DNA of 63,794 bases, filler included, from Octopus bimaculoides (GCF_001194135.2; 5 parts of 4 records of this genome joined end to end with filler, not necessarily neighbours in it), one strand, 5' to 3'. Positions 24,770-37,399 are shown, counted from the first letter of the whole stretch. The notes: generated from the letters alone by a model not told the origin. Made by a program: numbers and translations.

Positions 24770-27660
24770 AAAGATCAGATATAGCTGATAAAGTTTGTCT
24801 ACCACTCTCTGTATGTACAACATTCACTGTTGAACTTAGATGATAGCTGTAAAAGTTATGATTCTGAAGCAAAGTTCTAATCTAAATTTTCGAACTACTG
24901 CCGCCTGAAAGACGTTTTTGACTCTAATTCCTCAACACTAAATATGATTATCATCATATATCGTAGCACACATGGAAACTACTCTTAGGCCTGATATAGA
25001 AAATTCAGAAGTAAACGTACCAAAATATACCATACTGCAAACGGACAGAAGGGAAACGAGCCATGATGGACTGTTATGTACATCTGTGAGGACCTCACGT
25101 CCCAGGTCCTATTGCTATATTTAAATTCAGTATGTTAAACTTAAGTTGTATACGTAAGACAACACAATATAGTCATATGTAATACATATCACCCACTGGA
25201 TGCTCCAAACTACACGGGCAAGTTTGAAGATTGCCTCTCAAGAATAAAAGAAACCTTCATGAAACTGGAATATCACGTGAGTGTGTTTCTTATGGGTGAT
25301 TTCAACTTCTCCAGTGTCAAATGGTCTGAGGGCCTCATGCTTCGGGAATGATCCATGCAAACAAGTACAGGTTGAGTCTCTGATCAATCTCAGCAATGCT
25401 CTATTCATGGAGCAAGTTGTGCTCCAACCAACCAGGGCAAATAACATATTGGATCTCTGCTTCACAAACTGTATAAACATCGTTCATAATGTGAGAGTAA
25501 CGCCAACATAAGTTTCGGATCACAACATGACAGAGCTGTCTAGGTATGGACCAAAAGTAACCAGAGAATACAGCCTAAATGAAGCACCCGAAATCTCTCC
25601 AGTCTGAACTTCCACAAAGCAGGCTGGAAATCGATCCAAAAAGAGATCCTCAGACAGGACTGGTCAAAATTTCTCTCCAAACCAGACATCGGCATGAAAC
25701 AAGAGTATTTCGTGTCTGTTATGCAAGCCATATGCTATAAATGTGTCCTAGAGGACAAGGCTAAGAAAAAAGAGAGAGGAAGATTCTCATGAGATGACAG
25801 ACGAAGGTTGTAAATCACTTCAACCAACATTCCAAAAACAACACTGATGGAAATTGAAAAAAGCCTGCAACAATTTTATATGAAGGAGAGAGCAGACAAA
25901 GAAGCCTGGGTTATAAGAAACCGAAAGGCTTTCTTTCATTATGCCAAAGAAACGGCCTCAGTACACTGCAAAATAGGACCCCTCTTCCAAAAAGTCGGCT
26001 CCCTTAGAGAGAAATACTGAATGACCAGTTCAAAAGTGTCTTTATTACCCCGCTGGAACACCGACACGTGAACGAACAAGTGGATTACATCGACATTGGG
26101 GAAGAAGATATAATACTAGCCATAGATGCGGTGGACACAAACTCAGCTGCTGGCTCTGATGGTCTCCCAACAATCCTCCTCAAATCGTGCAAACGTGCCC
26201 TGGCGAAACCACCACACATTCTCTTCCAGAATTTTCATGCAAATGGCAAGCTACCAAACAAATTGAAGGAAGGAATATGCCCAATCCATAAAGGAGGAAG
26301 CAGAGCAGATGCCAAAAATTATAGGCCTATCTCTCTGACTTCACACATTAGGAAAGAATAGTCATGGAACGAATAGTCAGAGAGAAACTGATCGCATTCC
26401 TTGAAAAGAAGAAAAAAAATACAACTTGCCATGTGATACCCAGTATGGTTTTCGACCAGGTAGAAGCTTCCTGACACAGCTCCTACAGCACTATGATTGG
26501 GTGTTGAAGCAGTTACTCGACAACTCAAATGTGGACGTAATATACCTTTACTTTGCAAAAGCTTTTGATAAAGTTGATCATGGTATATGTCACAAACTGC
26601 GTGACATTGACATAGCTAGAAAACTTGGAGAGTGGTTACATGAGCAGTGGTGGCCAATGGTGCCACCCCAAAGGAAACACAAAGAGTGAGTGGTGTTCCA
26701 CAGGGTACTGTCTTAGGACCACTGTTTTTCATAGTGGCCCACGTAGATATGCCTTCAGCTGCCCGGATAGCCACCTTTGCTAGCTACGCAGACGACACAA
26801 AAGTCTCGCAGAAAATACAAAACTCTAGCGATGTTGCACGCTTGCAGCAGGAGTTGGACGCAATTTATAGATGGGCTAAGGACAATTATATACAGTTTAA
26901 TGCTGGAAAATTCCAATCCCTGCGCTACCAGCACCCAAAATTGAACGAAAAACATACAGGATACACTGGCCCAGGGGGATTACAATCCCAGAACCTAAAT
27001 CAGTGCGTGACCTGGGTATCGACATGAGTGATGATACCTCTTTCCAACTGCACATTACCAAAATGTTGACAAAGTGCAGACGGCTGGCTCGATAGATCCT
27101 CAGAACCTTCAGAATCAGCGCGGTAACCATGATGGTCCTTTGGAGGACATTCGTCTTCAACCACCTGGACTATTGCTCCCAACTATGGTCACCCCAGTGT
27201 AAAATTAACAGCGGACCTTGGAAGCTACACAAAGAAGATCATCTCATTACAACAGCTCAGCTACTGGGAAAAGCTGAAACAGCTAAGATTATACTCCCTG
27301 GTGTGAAGGCGGGAGAGATATGCAGTAATAAACATCTGGAAGCTACACAAATGCCAGAACGGGTCGCCACTGGACAGTGCCAAAGATCCCAACACTGCCT
27401 CGAGTTTCAGGACCAGTTACTGCAATAGCCTGGGTTTCAAGGGCCGACAGATTTTCGATATAATCCCAAAGAACCTGATTAACCTACACAAAATGGATGT
27501 AGGTGTTTTCAAAACATAACTAGATCTCTTCCTGTCGAGAGTCCCAAATGAACTTACCTCGCGGTAGGGTGCGCAAATGAGGGCAACAACATCAAATTCC
27601 CTTCTTCATCAAATACCACATATCAGAGGAGGCTCTCAGCAATAGCAGTGTAGCAGAACG
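24770..27660 (+). pseudogene. CR1-group LINE ORF2 (APE endonuclease + RT), disrupted
   Basis: APE motifs FLMGDFN, PTRANNILDLCFTN and SDHN. RT motifs AAGSDGLP, NYRPISLTS, QYGFRPGRS, FAKAFDKVDHG, SGVPQGTVLGP and YADD (26785-26796), then HLDYCSQLWSP. Many stops and frameshifts. Confidence 0.9.
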
Positions 27661-28159
27661 GCATAAATCGTTTTGTCATTTAAAAATTTAAGTTGTTTCT
27701 AATAATTTATTTTTTAATCTTAATTTTAAATTTTGTAAACGCGTTACCTAGAAATTTATTGTGGGACGAAGCAACCTGTTGAACTAATTGAACTTTATTA
27801 CGAAAATCAGTGCCCATTGTTTTAACACAAAGAAAATATATGCACTGACTCCATGGCAGAGATTTGTCCATGAAACCACATTGCATCACATAGTTTAATA
27901 TTTCCAACAACAAGACTCTACTAGTAATTTTCCACGATACAGAAGATCATGTCTAGTACGTAGGTAGAGGATACTAAACGTGTGCAGTGGAGCATTCATA
28001 ATGAAATCACGAAGGCCCACTTGAAGACGTTCTCTCCGGCTTGTTATGGCATGGGCTTCGTTACAACGAATAAAAATACATTTACCCGTGTGTGCCAATT
28101 GACTGTCAGTAGAGATTATATTATGCAATGCAAAAGATTTTTATTCACAATCTGCACAG

Positions 28160-28312
28160 GAATGGCTGAGTGGTAAGTAGCTTGCTTACCAACCACATGG
28201 TTTTGAGTTCAGTCCCACTGCGTGGAACCTTGGGCAAGTGCCTTCTGCTATAGCCTAGGGCCGACCAAAGCTTTGTGAGTGGATTTGGTAGACGGAAACT
28301 GAAAGAAGCCCG

Positions 28313-28322
<10 letters not shown>
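28160..28322 (+). mobile_element. SINE family B head (CORE-like 'ccttgggcaagtg')
   Basis: Matches 38764-38925 and ends in (TA)n plus a gap. Confidence 0.85.
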
Positions 28323-28343
<21 letters not shown>

Positions 28344-28387
28344 NNNNNNNNNNNNNNNNNNNNNNNNNNNNNNNNNNNNNNNNNNNN

Positions 28388-28399
28388 TTAATTAATTAA
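28388..28399. other. Assembly gap spacer TTAATTAATTAA (44 N + 12 bp + 44 N)
   Basis: Identical 12-mer centred in 100 bp gaps, also at 52777-52788, 54900-54911 and 61828-61839; it contains stops in all six frames. Confidence 0.95.
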
Positions 28400-28443
28400 N
28401 NNNNNNNNNNNNNNNNNNNNNNNNNNNNNNNNNNNNNNNNNNN

Positions 28444-28756
28444 GCCGTCGTAGGATTTTCGAGCGAGATCGTTGCCAGTGCTCCTGGGCTGGCTCTTGTG
28501 TGGGTGACACATGAAATTTTTCGAGCGAGATCGTTGCCGGTGCCCCTGGACTGGCTCTTGTGCGGATGACACATGAAATGCATCATTTTGAGCGTGACCG
28601 TTGCCATTGCTGCCTGGCTGGCCTTCGTGGGATTTTCGAGCGAGATCGTTGCCAGTGCCCCTGAATGCACCATTTTGAGCGTGGCCGTTGCCAGTACCGC
28701 CTGACTGGCTTTCGTGCGGGTGACACGTAAAAGCACCCACTACACTCTCTGAGTGG
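28444..28756 (+). mobile_element. Repeat body with internal tandem units ('ttttcgagcgagatcgttgccag'), probable SINE family D body
   Basis: Three 'cgagcgagatcgttgcc' and two 'ttttgagcgtg(a/g)ccgttgcca' units; ends in 'aaaagcacccactacactctctgagtgg'. Confidence 0.55.
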
Positions 28757-28763
28757 TCTGAGT

Positions 28764-29210
28764 GTATTTCCTACAGTTGCCCTCAAACAAGTCTTGTGGT
28801 TACACTCATATATTTTCTGCAGATCTACTCAGGCCATTCATGAAGTCGCATTCATGTATTTCCTACGGTTGCCCTCGAATAAGTCTTGCGGTTACACTCA
28901 TATATTTTCTACAGATCTACTCATGCCATTCCTGAAGTCACAGTCATGTATTTCCTACAGTTGCCCTCAAACACGTCTTGTGGTTACACTCATATATTTT
29001 CTACAGATCTACTCATGCCATTCCTGAAGTCACACTCATGTATTTCCTACAGTTGCCCTCAAACAAGTCTTGTGGTTACACTCATATATTTTCTGCAGAT
29101 CTACTCATGCCATTCCTGAAGTCGCACTCACGTATTTCCTACAGTTGCCCTCATACAATTCTTGTGGTTGGTCACACTCATGCAGTTACTATCATGTACT
29201 TCACTCATAT
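28764..29210. repeat. 92 bp minisatellite, about 4.5 units
   Basis: 'gtatttcctac' starts at 28764, 28856, 28948, 29040 and 29132 (period exactly 92). Confidence 0.95.
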
Positions 29211-29311
29211 CATCATCATCATCATCATCATCGTTTAACGTCCGCTTTCCATGCTAGCATGGGTTGGACGATTTGACTGAGGACTGGTGAAACCGGATGG
29301 CAACACCAGGC
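29208..29311 (-). mobile_element. SINE family D / RTE-type 3' tail with (GAT)n end
   Basis: 'catcatcgtttaacgtccgctttccatgctagcatgggttgg'; related tails at about 32575, 35250, 38560, 43000 (+), 49545 and 54830. Confidence 0.75.
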
Positions 29312-29414
29312 TATTCCCTACAATTACGCTCATACAATTTTTATGCCTTTCCTAATATTACACATTGTATTTCCTGCTGTTGCAATCATACAATTCTTGT
29401 AGATGTTCTCGTGT

Positions 29415-29490
29415 GTTTTCTGTAGGTTCTGTAGGTTCTGTAGGTTCTGTAGGTTCTGTAGGTTCTGTAGGTTCTATAGGTTCTGTAGGT
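29415..29490. repeat. 9 bp tandem repeat (TTCTGTAGG)n, about 8 copies
   Basis: The run is directly visible; it gives the PTE/TYR ORF repeats. Confidence 0.95.
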
Positions 29491-29819
29491 ACACTCATCT
29501 TTTCTGCAGGAGTTGACCAGCAATAGTTTAAACAGAGTAACAACAGTATCAAGCTCACCAGCCATGGAAGGGTTACAAGAGTCATGGATCCTGCCTCTTA
29601 CACCAGGCGCAGCAAGTAAAGTATACATTGTCGATCTAACTACCTTGAAGTCTAAGTGAAATCCTTTCAACTTTCACGATGATGTGAATGAATCATGTTT
29701 CTTATAATGGCTTGCTTGCATTGCTTCTGCATGTGCTGCTTGCATTTGCATTTGTGTGCATTATGTGTGTTTTACTTTATGCAAGTGCATGCATATTTTG
29801 TGTGCAAGTGCTGTATAGA

Positions 29820-30545
29820 AGTATACAGGAACAAGCATACATCTGTATGTATGTATGTATGTATGTAGGTATGTTTGCATGTATGCATATATGTATATAC
29901 ATGTACACATATATTTATATATGTATGTATATACATGTATACCTACATACATGTATGTATACATGTATGTGTGTGTATATGTATGTATTTGCATGTGTGT
30001 GTATGTGTATGTTTATGTATGTTTGCATGCATGCATGTGTGTATGTATGTATGAATGTATGTGTGCATGTATGCATGTATGAATGTACGTATGTAAGTGT
30101 GTATATATGTATGTATGCATGTATGCATGTCTGTGTGTATGTGTATGTTTGTGTGTACATGTATGTATGTATGTATGTATGTATGTACATGTATGTCTAT
30201 GTGTATGTCTGTTTGCATGTATGCATGTATGTACTTATGTATGTATATATGTATGTATATATGTATATGTGTGCACATGTCAGTATGTATGTATATGTGT
30301 GTATATATGTGTGTGTGTGTGTGTGTGTGCGTCAGTGTGTATGTACATGTGCATGGATACATATATGTATGCATGTATGTATGTATGTCTGTATGTCTGT
30401 CTGTCTGTATGTATGTATGCATGCATGTATGTATATGTGTGTGCATGTCAGAGTGTACCCATGATTATGTGTGTGTATGTATGTGTGTATGTATGTATGT
30501 ATGTATGTATGTATGTATGTATGTATGTACGTATGTATGTATGTT
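29820..30545. repeat. Degenerate (TATG)/(TGTA) microsatellite
   Basis: The run is directly visible. Confidence 0.95.
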
Positions 30546-31399
30546 GTGAATAGCTTCTGTAAATAGGTGGTTGTATATTTGGTGTTTGTTTATCTGTTTC
30601 AAGTATTGATAGAGAGAAAGTGGATAATGAATGTTTTGTGTACATTGATGTCTGTGTCATAGCATTTGCGGTTTCCTTTGCATTTTTGGCTGGGTCTATA
30701 TGCATGTACTCGTGCGTGTTCTGTGAGTGTGTGCATGTTCTGTGAGTGTGTGCGTGTGTGTGTATGTGTGCGTGCACGTGTGTGTGTGTGTGTGTGTGTG
30801 TGTACGTGTGCATGCATTTCGTGGTGAATGTAGGCCTAAGTTGCATTGTGTGAATAGTCACATATGTAACAAGAGAGAATATCGGAAAGAAATTGTGATG
30901 AATATTCAGGTAAATAAGGGAGAGAGAGAGAGAAAAAGAGAAAAAGAGAGAGGGAGAGAGAATGGGGAGGGAGGGAGGAAGCGAGAGAGTGTGAGTGGGA
31001 GAGCCAGAGAGAGGATGATCAATAGGGATATCAGATAATAGATACTTAGACAAAGGAATAGCTTTGAGCAGACATTTTGATTTAAATTGATGTAAGAGAT
31101 TCAAAACTACACTCAGATGCACACACATGCACACACGCACACACACACACACACACACACATACACACACACTCATGCAGAGATACATATATCGTCATAT
31201 TCACATAAAGATACAATGAAACACATACAAATATACACAACAGACATTAATACACACACTCGCATACACATACGTACATACATGTAATGCACACACACAT
31301 ATATATATATATACATACATATATACACACATATATATATATACATACATATATATAAACACACATATATATACACACACACACATATACATACACGCA

Positions 31400-31463
<64 letters not shown>

Positions 31464-33336
31464 CATACATATACCAACAATAATATACCTACATGCTGAC
31501 ATTAATACATACACATACATTAAAACATACACATACAAGTATTGATTAACACACATTCATATATTAATTTACTCATAAATACATAAATATACACTCATAC
31601 ATTAAAACACGCACACATATAGAGAAAGGCATCAATACACGTATATACATATATTTATACACACAAACACATACACACACATATATTAATATACATGCAC
31701 ACATCCATTAATATGTATACGCACACAGTAAAAATTAAGATAAATATATTTTTTTAATTGCACTTGTATTGTAATGAGTCCCAAAGTTTTGATTTTTGTA
31801 ATATATAAAAGTACTCAAGTGTGATGAACCCTATAGATTTCAAAAGTTACTTGTGATGTTCATGCCTTTCCCAATGATATTAGCTTATGGTGTGGTGATG
31901 AAAACTCCCATCCATTGAGTTCCCAGTTTGCAGATAGGGGAATGGTCCATTGATATACAGGTTAGCTGTGAATACTCAATGAGCAATCCAGTCCTGGACA
32001 AAATCCTGGGTTGCCCTTTGGCAAGGCATAGCACCTGTTAGGGTCATGGTGAAATCCTGAAGCCCTGAAATGGGCAGAAATGCAACTTTCATTGGAAAGC
32101 AAGATGATAACAGAGAATGAAAAACAAAGTATAAAAAATATTTTGTCTTTGAATTTCTTCACTCTTTGCAGAACAAATTTCACTTTTATGAATCTTGGTT
32201 GGGGAAACCCATCAGATTGACTTGGCATTGCAACCATCTATTGGATCTGCAACCATAGACGAGAAATTAGCGATCAGAAGATATAAGTCAATGAGAGAGT
32301 CTTTATACAGTATCATGACTTGCTAGTAATAGCACCCAAACTTCTTCAAATCACACCATATTGTCTTAAAATAGGAAGAAAGCTTTGGGCCAAGGAAATG
32401 ACTCATCATCGTCATTGTCATCATCGTTGTTGTCATCATCGTTGTTGTCATCATCATCATCGTCATCATCATCGTCGTTGTCGTCGTCGTCATCATCATC
32501 CTCATCATCATCGTCATCATCATCGTCATCATCATTGCCGTCGTTGTCATCATCATCATCATCATCAACATCATTCTCCAATGTCCATGTTCCATGTTGG
32601 CATGGGTTCGGACAGTTTGACAGAATTTGATGGGCTCAAAGACTGCATCCACTGGCTCGGGAACGAAATTTGTTTAGAGAATGCAAACCCAGGTCCAATA
32701 ATTTTTACAAACAAGGTTTTGTTTTTCTTCTTTTAATTTATTTTTGTTCTTTGTTCTTTGCGGAGAAATCTGACTTCGAGCTACCTTTTACAGATCACTT
32801 TTTATTCACTGTTTTCTAAACCTGAAAAAAGTAAGTAGGGGGTCCGGATTTTGATTTTGCACCCAACAAAAATTCTAGTGGGTGCACGTGCACCTCCTGC
32901 ACCTCCTGCTTCTGGGCCCATGATTCCATCATGCTCCAGTATTTGCTTTGGCATGGTTTCTATGGCTGGTTGCCTTTCCAAATATCAACTAATTTACAGG
33001 GTGCGCTAGATGCACCAGTCCTAGTGAGGCCATCATACAAGGATCTGGCAGTTGGGTTAAGGGTGGAAGGGAATTTTATGCTAGAAGATGAGGGGCAAAA
33101 GGTGAGTAAAACTATGAGTAAAAGAAGAGTCCTTATTTGGAATGTTTTTGGTTAAAGATTTTCTTGTTCATGGTAAACCTTGGTATGAACAACAGCAGTA
33201 ACAACAGCATATATTTTAAGTGAAAATGCAACAAAGATGTGCACAAAAATTGAATCATTTCATCAAATGTGTGACTACTGAGCACAGGGGCCTGTGTTCA
33301 ATGGCTTGACATATCTCAGACTGTGATTTCAATGGC

Positions 33337-33600
33337 ACAGGAGTGGCTGTGTGGCAAGTAGCTTGCATACCAACCACATGGTTCTGGGTTCAGTCCCACT
33401 GTGTGGCACCTTGGGCAAGTGTCTTCTACTATAGCCATAGGCGCAGGAGTGGTTGTATGGTAAGTAGCTTGCATACCAACCACATGGTTCTGGGTTCAGT
33501 CCCACTGGGTGGCACCTTGGGCAAGTGTCTTTTACTATAGCCTCGGGCCGACCAAAGCCTTGTGAGTGGATTTGGTAGACGGAAACTGAAAGAAGCCTGT
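33337..33600 (+). mobile_element. Two head-to-tail SINE family B heads
   Basis: 'ggagtggctgtgtgg...ctactatagcc' at 33340-33437 is repeated from 33440. Confidence 0.85.
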
Positions 33601-33688
33601 CTATAGAAAAGTTCTATTGAAAAGTTCTGCAATGTCTATATAGCATTTTGTTTCAATGCTATATGACACTGCAGAACTTTTCTATAGA
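33600..33688. repeat. Short palindromic MITE-like hairpin
   Basis: Terminal 'tctatagaaaagttct'/'agaacttttctataga'; inner stem 33619-33647 pairs with 33655-33682. Confidence 0.75.
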
Positions 33689-34139
33689 TTTTTTTAGTCA
33701 ACACAGCATTATATAAACAGATGTAAACAACCAATTTGTATGTGCAATATCTTCATATAGCTTCATATTTCATCAACAAGTGTATAACATCTTTAACTGT
33801 CCATGAATATATTGCCTGTAAGCCCACTATTATTAACAGTTTTATTAAATTGGATAGACCAATTTGCAGATATATAACACAGACTTGTCAGCTTGTTCAA
33901 TTAATAAATTACTGGTGATTTAACAGTGTTTTTACTACAGAATATACTTATAAATTTTTAACCAACTATCTATGTATGAACACCTTGTGTGTGAATGTGT
34001 ATGAGCCTGTGTGTAAGATGGCAGCTAAGAAAACTAGGGGAAGATGAATGAATTGTGTGGGCCATACAAATTGTGTACAGAGATGTAGTCAGGAAGGTGA
34101 GAGTTAACAATGAATATTTTTTTATTATGGGCCCTTTTA

Positions 34140-34430
34140 AAGCCTAGCCAGGCTTGTGGGCCTAGTTTCCCAGTTTCTATGGCGAATATGTTTTCCCCCA
34201 GCTGGATGGGACGCCAGTCCGTTGCAGCGTTACTCAAGAAATAGGAAGAAAGAGTGAGAGAAAGTTGGGGTGAAAGAGTACAAAAGGGGTCGCCACCACC
34301 CCCTGCCAGGGCCTCGTAAAGCTTTAGGTGTTTTCGCTCAATAAACACATAGAACGCCCAGTCTGGGAATCGAATCAGTGATATTCTGACCGCTAGTCCA
34401 CTGCCCTAACTACTGGGCCATTGCACCTCC
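34140..34430 (-). mobile_element. tRNA-derived SINE (family E head) sharing its 3' domain with family C
   Basis: Head 'ggaggtgcaatggcccagtagttagggcagtgg...gattcgattccc'; its 3' domain matches 2165-2252. Confidence 0.75.
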
Positions 34431-34611
34431 ACAACAATGAATATAGTGACAAATTTAGCATGTAGATAGGGGTCTGTCAAAGCTCAGTCTTCATTCTTAT
34501 TCTGTTTATTATAGTCCTCCAAGCTATGATAAAGAAGTCTATTATGGCTTGGAGATTCCATGGGAACCCCTCTATGCTGCTAACCTTGTTCTTTGAGCAG
34601 AATCTCTCTCT

Positions 34612-35058
34612 CTTTTTACTCTTTTACTTGTTTCAGTCGTTTGACTGTGGCCATGCTGGAGCACCGCCTTTAGTCGAGCAAATCGACCCCAAGACTTATT
34701 CTTTGGAAGCCTAGCACTTATTCTATCGGTCTCTTTTGCCAAACCGCTAAGTTACGAGGACGTAGATACACTAGCATCGGTTGTCAAGTGATGTCGGGGG
34801 GACAAACACATACANNNNNNNNNNNNNNNNNNNNNNNNNNNNNNNNNNNNNNNNNNNNNNNNNNNNNNNNNNNNNNNNNNNNNNNNNNNNNNNNNNNNNN
34901 NNNNNNNNNNNNNNNNNNNNNNNNNNNNNNNNNNNTATATATATATATATATATATATATATGCATATATACGATGGGCTTCTTTTCAGTTTCCGTCTAC
35001 CAAATCCACTCACAAGGCTTTGGTTGGCCCGAGGCTATAGTAGAAGACACTTGCCCAG
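34612..35058 (-). mobile_element. SINE family B with an assembly gap in its internal microsatellite
   Basis: Tail at 34612-34814 and head portion at 34965-35058. Confidence 0.85.
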
Positions 35059-35789
35059 TGCGTAACTGGTACTTAATTTATCGACCCCTGAAAGGATGAA
35101 AGGCAAAGTCGACCTCAGTGGAATTTGAACTCAGAACATAAAGACAGATGGATGAAAAGCCGCTAAGCAGTTTGTCCGGCCTGCTAACGTTTCAGCCAGC
35201 TTGCCGCCTTATCATCATCATCATCATTATCATCATCACTATCATCATCATCATTTAAGGTCCATTGTCCATGCTGGTATGGGTTGGGAAGCTTGACCAG
35301 AGCTGGCAAGACAGGGAGCTGCACCAGACTCCAGTCTGATTTGACATGGCTTCTATGGCTGGATGCCCTTCTTAATACCAACCACTTTGCACACAAGCAC
35401 TTTTATGTGGTACAAGCATGGCTGCTTTTTATGTAGCACCAGCACAGGACTCTTCACCAGGAAGAGTGGTCTTAACAGTTCTGCTGTGGAGTACGAGGCT
35501 TATTAAGTACAGTAAGGTGTAACACAGTCTTCTCTCTTGCACACTGCATCTAATTCTTCTTATGCCTAACACTTCATTTCACATTGCTCTGTGATCACTT
35601 CGACACCTGATGTGTGGTACATCATACACCTGTTCAGACAATGTTGATTTGATGGAGAGAGTGAGCTAATGTGTAGCACGAACATTTGATCATAATAAAC
35701 AAATCATTTGTGCAGGTCATTTGACAAGCTGAATGCTCATACATCGTCTTTGATGGAAAAGTCGATCATTATTATCATCATTATTACTC

Positions 35790-35842
<53 letters not shown>

Positions 35843-35875
35843 GTTGTTGTTGTTATTATTATTATCATCATCATA

Positions 35876-35914
<39 letters not shown>

Positions 35915-36485
35915 NNNNNNNNNNNNNNNNNNNNNNNNNNNNNNNNNNNNNNNNNNNNNNNNNNNNNNNNNNNNNNNNNNNNNNNNNNNNNNNNNNNNNN
36001 NNNNNNNNNNNNNNNNNNNNNNNNNNNNNNNNNNNNNNNNNNNNNNNNNNNNNNNNNNNNNNNNNNNNNNNNNNNNNNNNNNNNNNNNNNNNNNNNNNNN
36101 NNNNNNNNNNNNNNNNNNNNNNNNNNNNNNNNNNNNNNNNNNNNNNNNNNNNNNNNNNNNNNNNNNNNNNNNNNNNNNNNNNNNNNNNNNNNNNNNNNNN
36201 NNNNNNNNNNNNNNNNNNNNNNNNNNNNNNNNNNNNNNNNNNNNNNNNNNNNNNNNNNNNNNNNNNNNNNNNNNNNNNNNNNNNNNNNNNNNNNNNNNNN
36301 NNNNNNNNNNNNNNNNNNNNNNNNNNNNNNNNNNNNNNNNNNNNNNNNNNNNNNNNNNNNNNNNNNNNNNNNNNNNNNNNNNNNNNNNNNNNNNNNNNNN
36401 NNNNNNNNNNNNNNNNNNNNNNNNNNNNNNNNNNNNNNNNNNNNNNNNNNNNNNNNNNNNNNNNNNNNNNNNNNNNNNNNNNNNN

Positions 36486-36552
<67 letters not shown>

Positions 36553-36574
36553 ACACACATGCACATACATACAT

Positions 36575-36605
<31 letters not shown>

Positions 36606-37399
36606 TTTGTATTTATATGAGTGTATGTGTAGTTTCCAGTATCTCACATAATTCTATAGTTTCACTAAGAAGGACAGTCTAATTTCATATATGATCTGTT
36701 TAATTATATTACAAGTTCTAAGAAATTACAATGAATGTTGCATACCTGAGGCATGACATTTTGTTTATGTTGGCCATTCTTCATTGCAAACCACTAGCTA
36801 AGAGAGAAAGGTGCCTCTAAATTTTGGTAGCTGTTATCAAGATAAGGTATCATATTTATTTGTTATTATCTATGTATGGTTCTCACAATATCAATTCTAT
36901 GTTTCTAAGAAGAAGCAATTTTATTTTAATTATGAGATATTTAATTATATTACCTCATACATGATGCAACGACAGCAAGTACAGCACTCACTGACTGATG
37001 AACCAATCTTCCCATTCTTTTACTGCTCTTGATAATCTTAACAATCATTATAATTTTGACAATCATAGACAACCAAGACAGAACTGCTATTTGCCTAAGC
37101 CCTGAATGTGTGGTATGAAGTTTGCTTCACAGCCACATGGTACTGGGTTCAGTTCCACTGTGTGGCACCTTGGGAAAGTGTCTTCTCCTATAGCCTCAGG
37201 CCAACGAAAGCCTTGCGAGTGGGTATAGTAGACAGAAATTGAAAGAATCTATTGTATGTATGTATGTATGTATGTATGTATATATGTATGTATGTATGTG
37301 TGCATGTATGCATGTATGTATGTATGCATGCATGTATGTCGTTATTTAGTTTATTTCAAGAATTCTTGCTAGTAGAGAAAGAACCAGTTTCTAACCTAG

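Noticed and set aside
28388-28399. TTAATTAATTAA islands inside N runs (also 52777, 54900, 61828)
   Set aside because: Identical 12-mer centred in 100 bp gaps with stops in six frames: an assembly spacer, not biology.
28764-29210. Possible CRISPR-like array
   Set aside because: Whole units repeat with no unique spacers, there are no cas genes and the context is eukaryotic: it is a minisatellite.
32766-32836. Exon candidates on both strands around GTAAGT at 32831
   Set aside because: The minus-strand version has stops in all frames, the plus-strand version is short and unrecognised, and the adjacent DNA looks like a repeat terminus.
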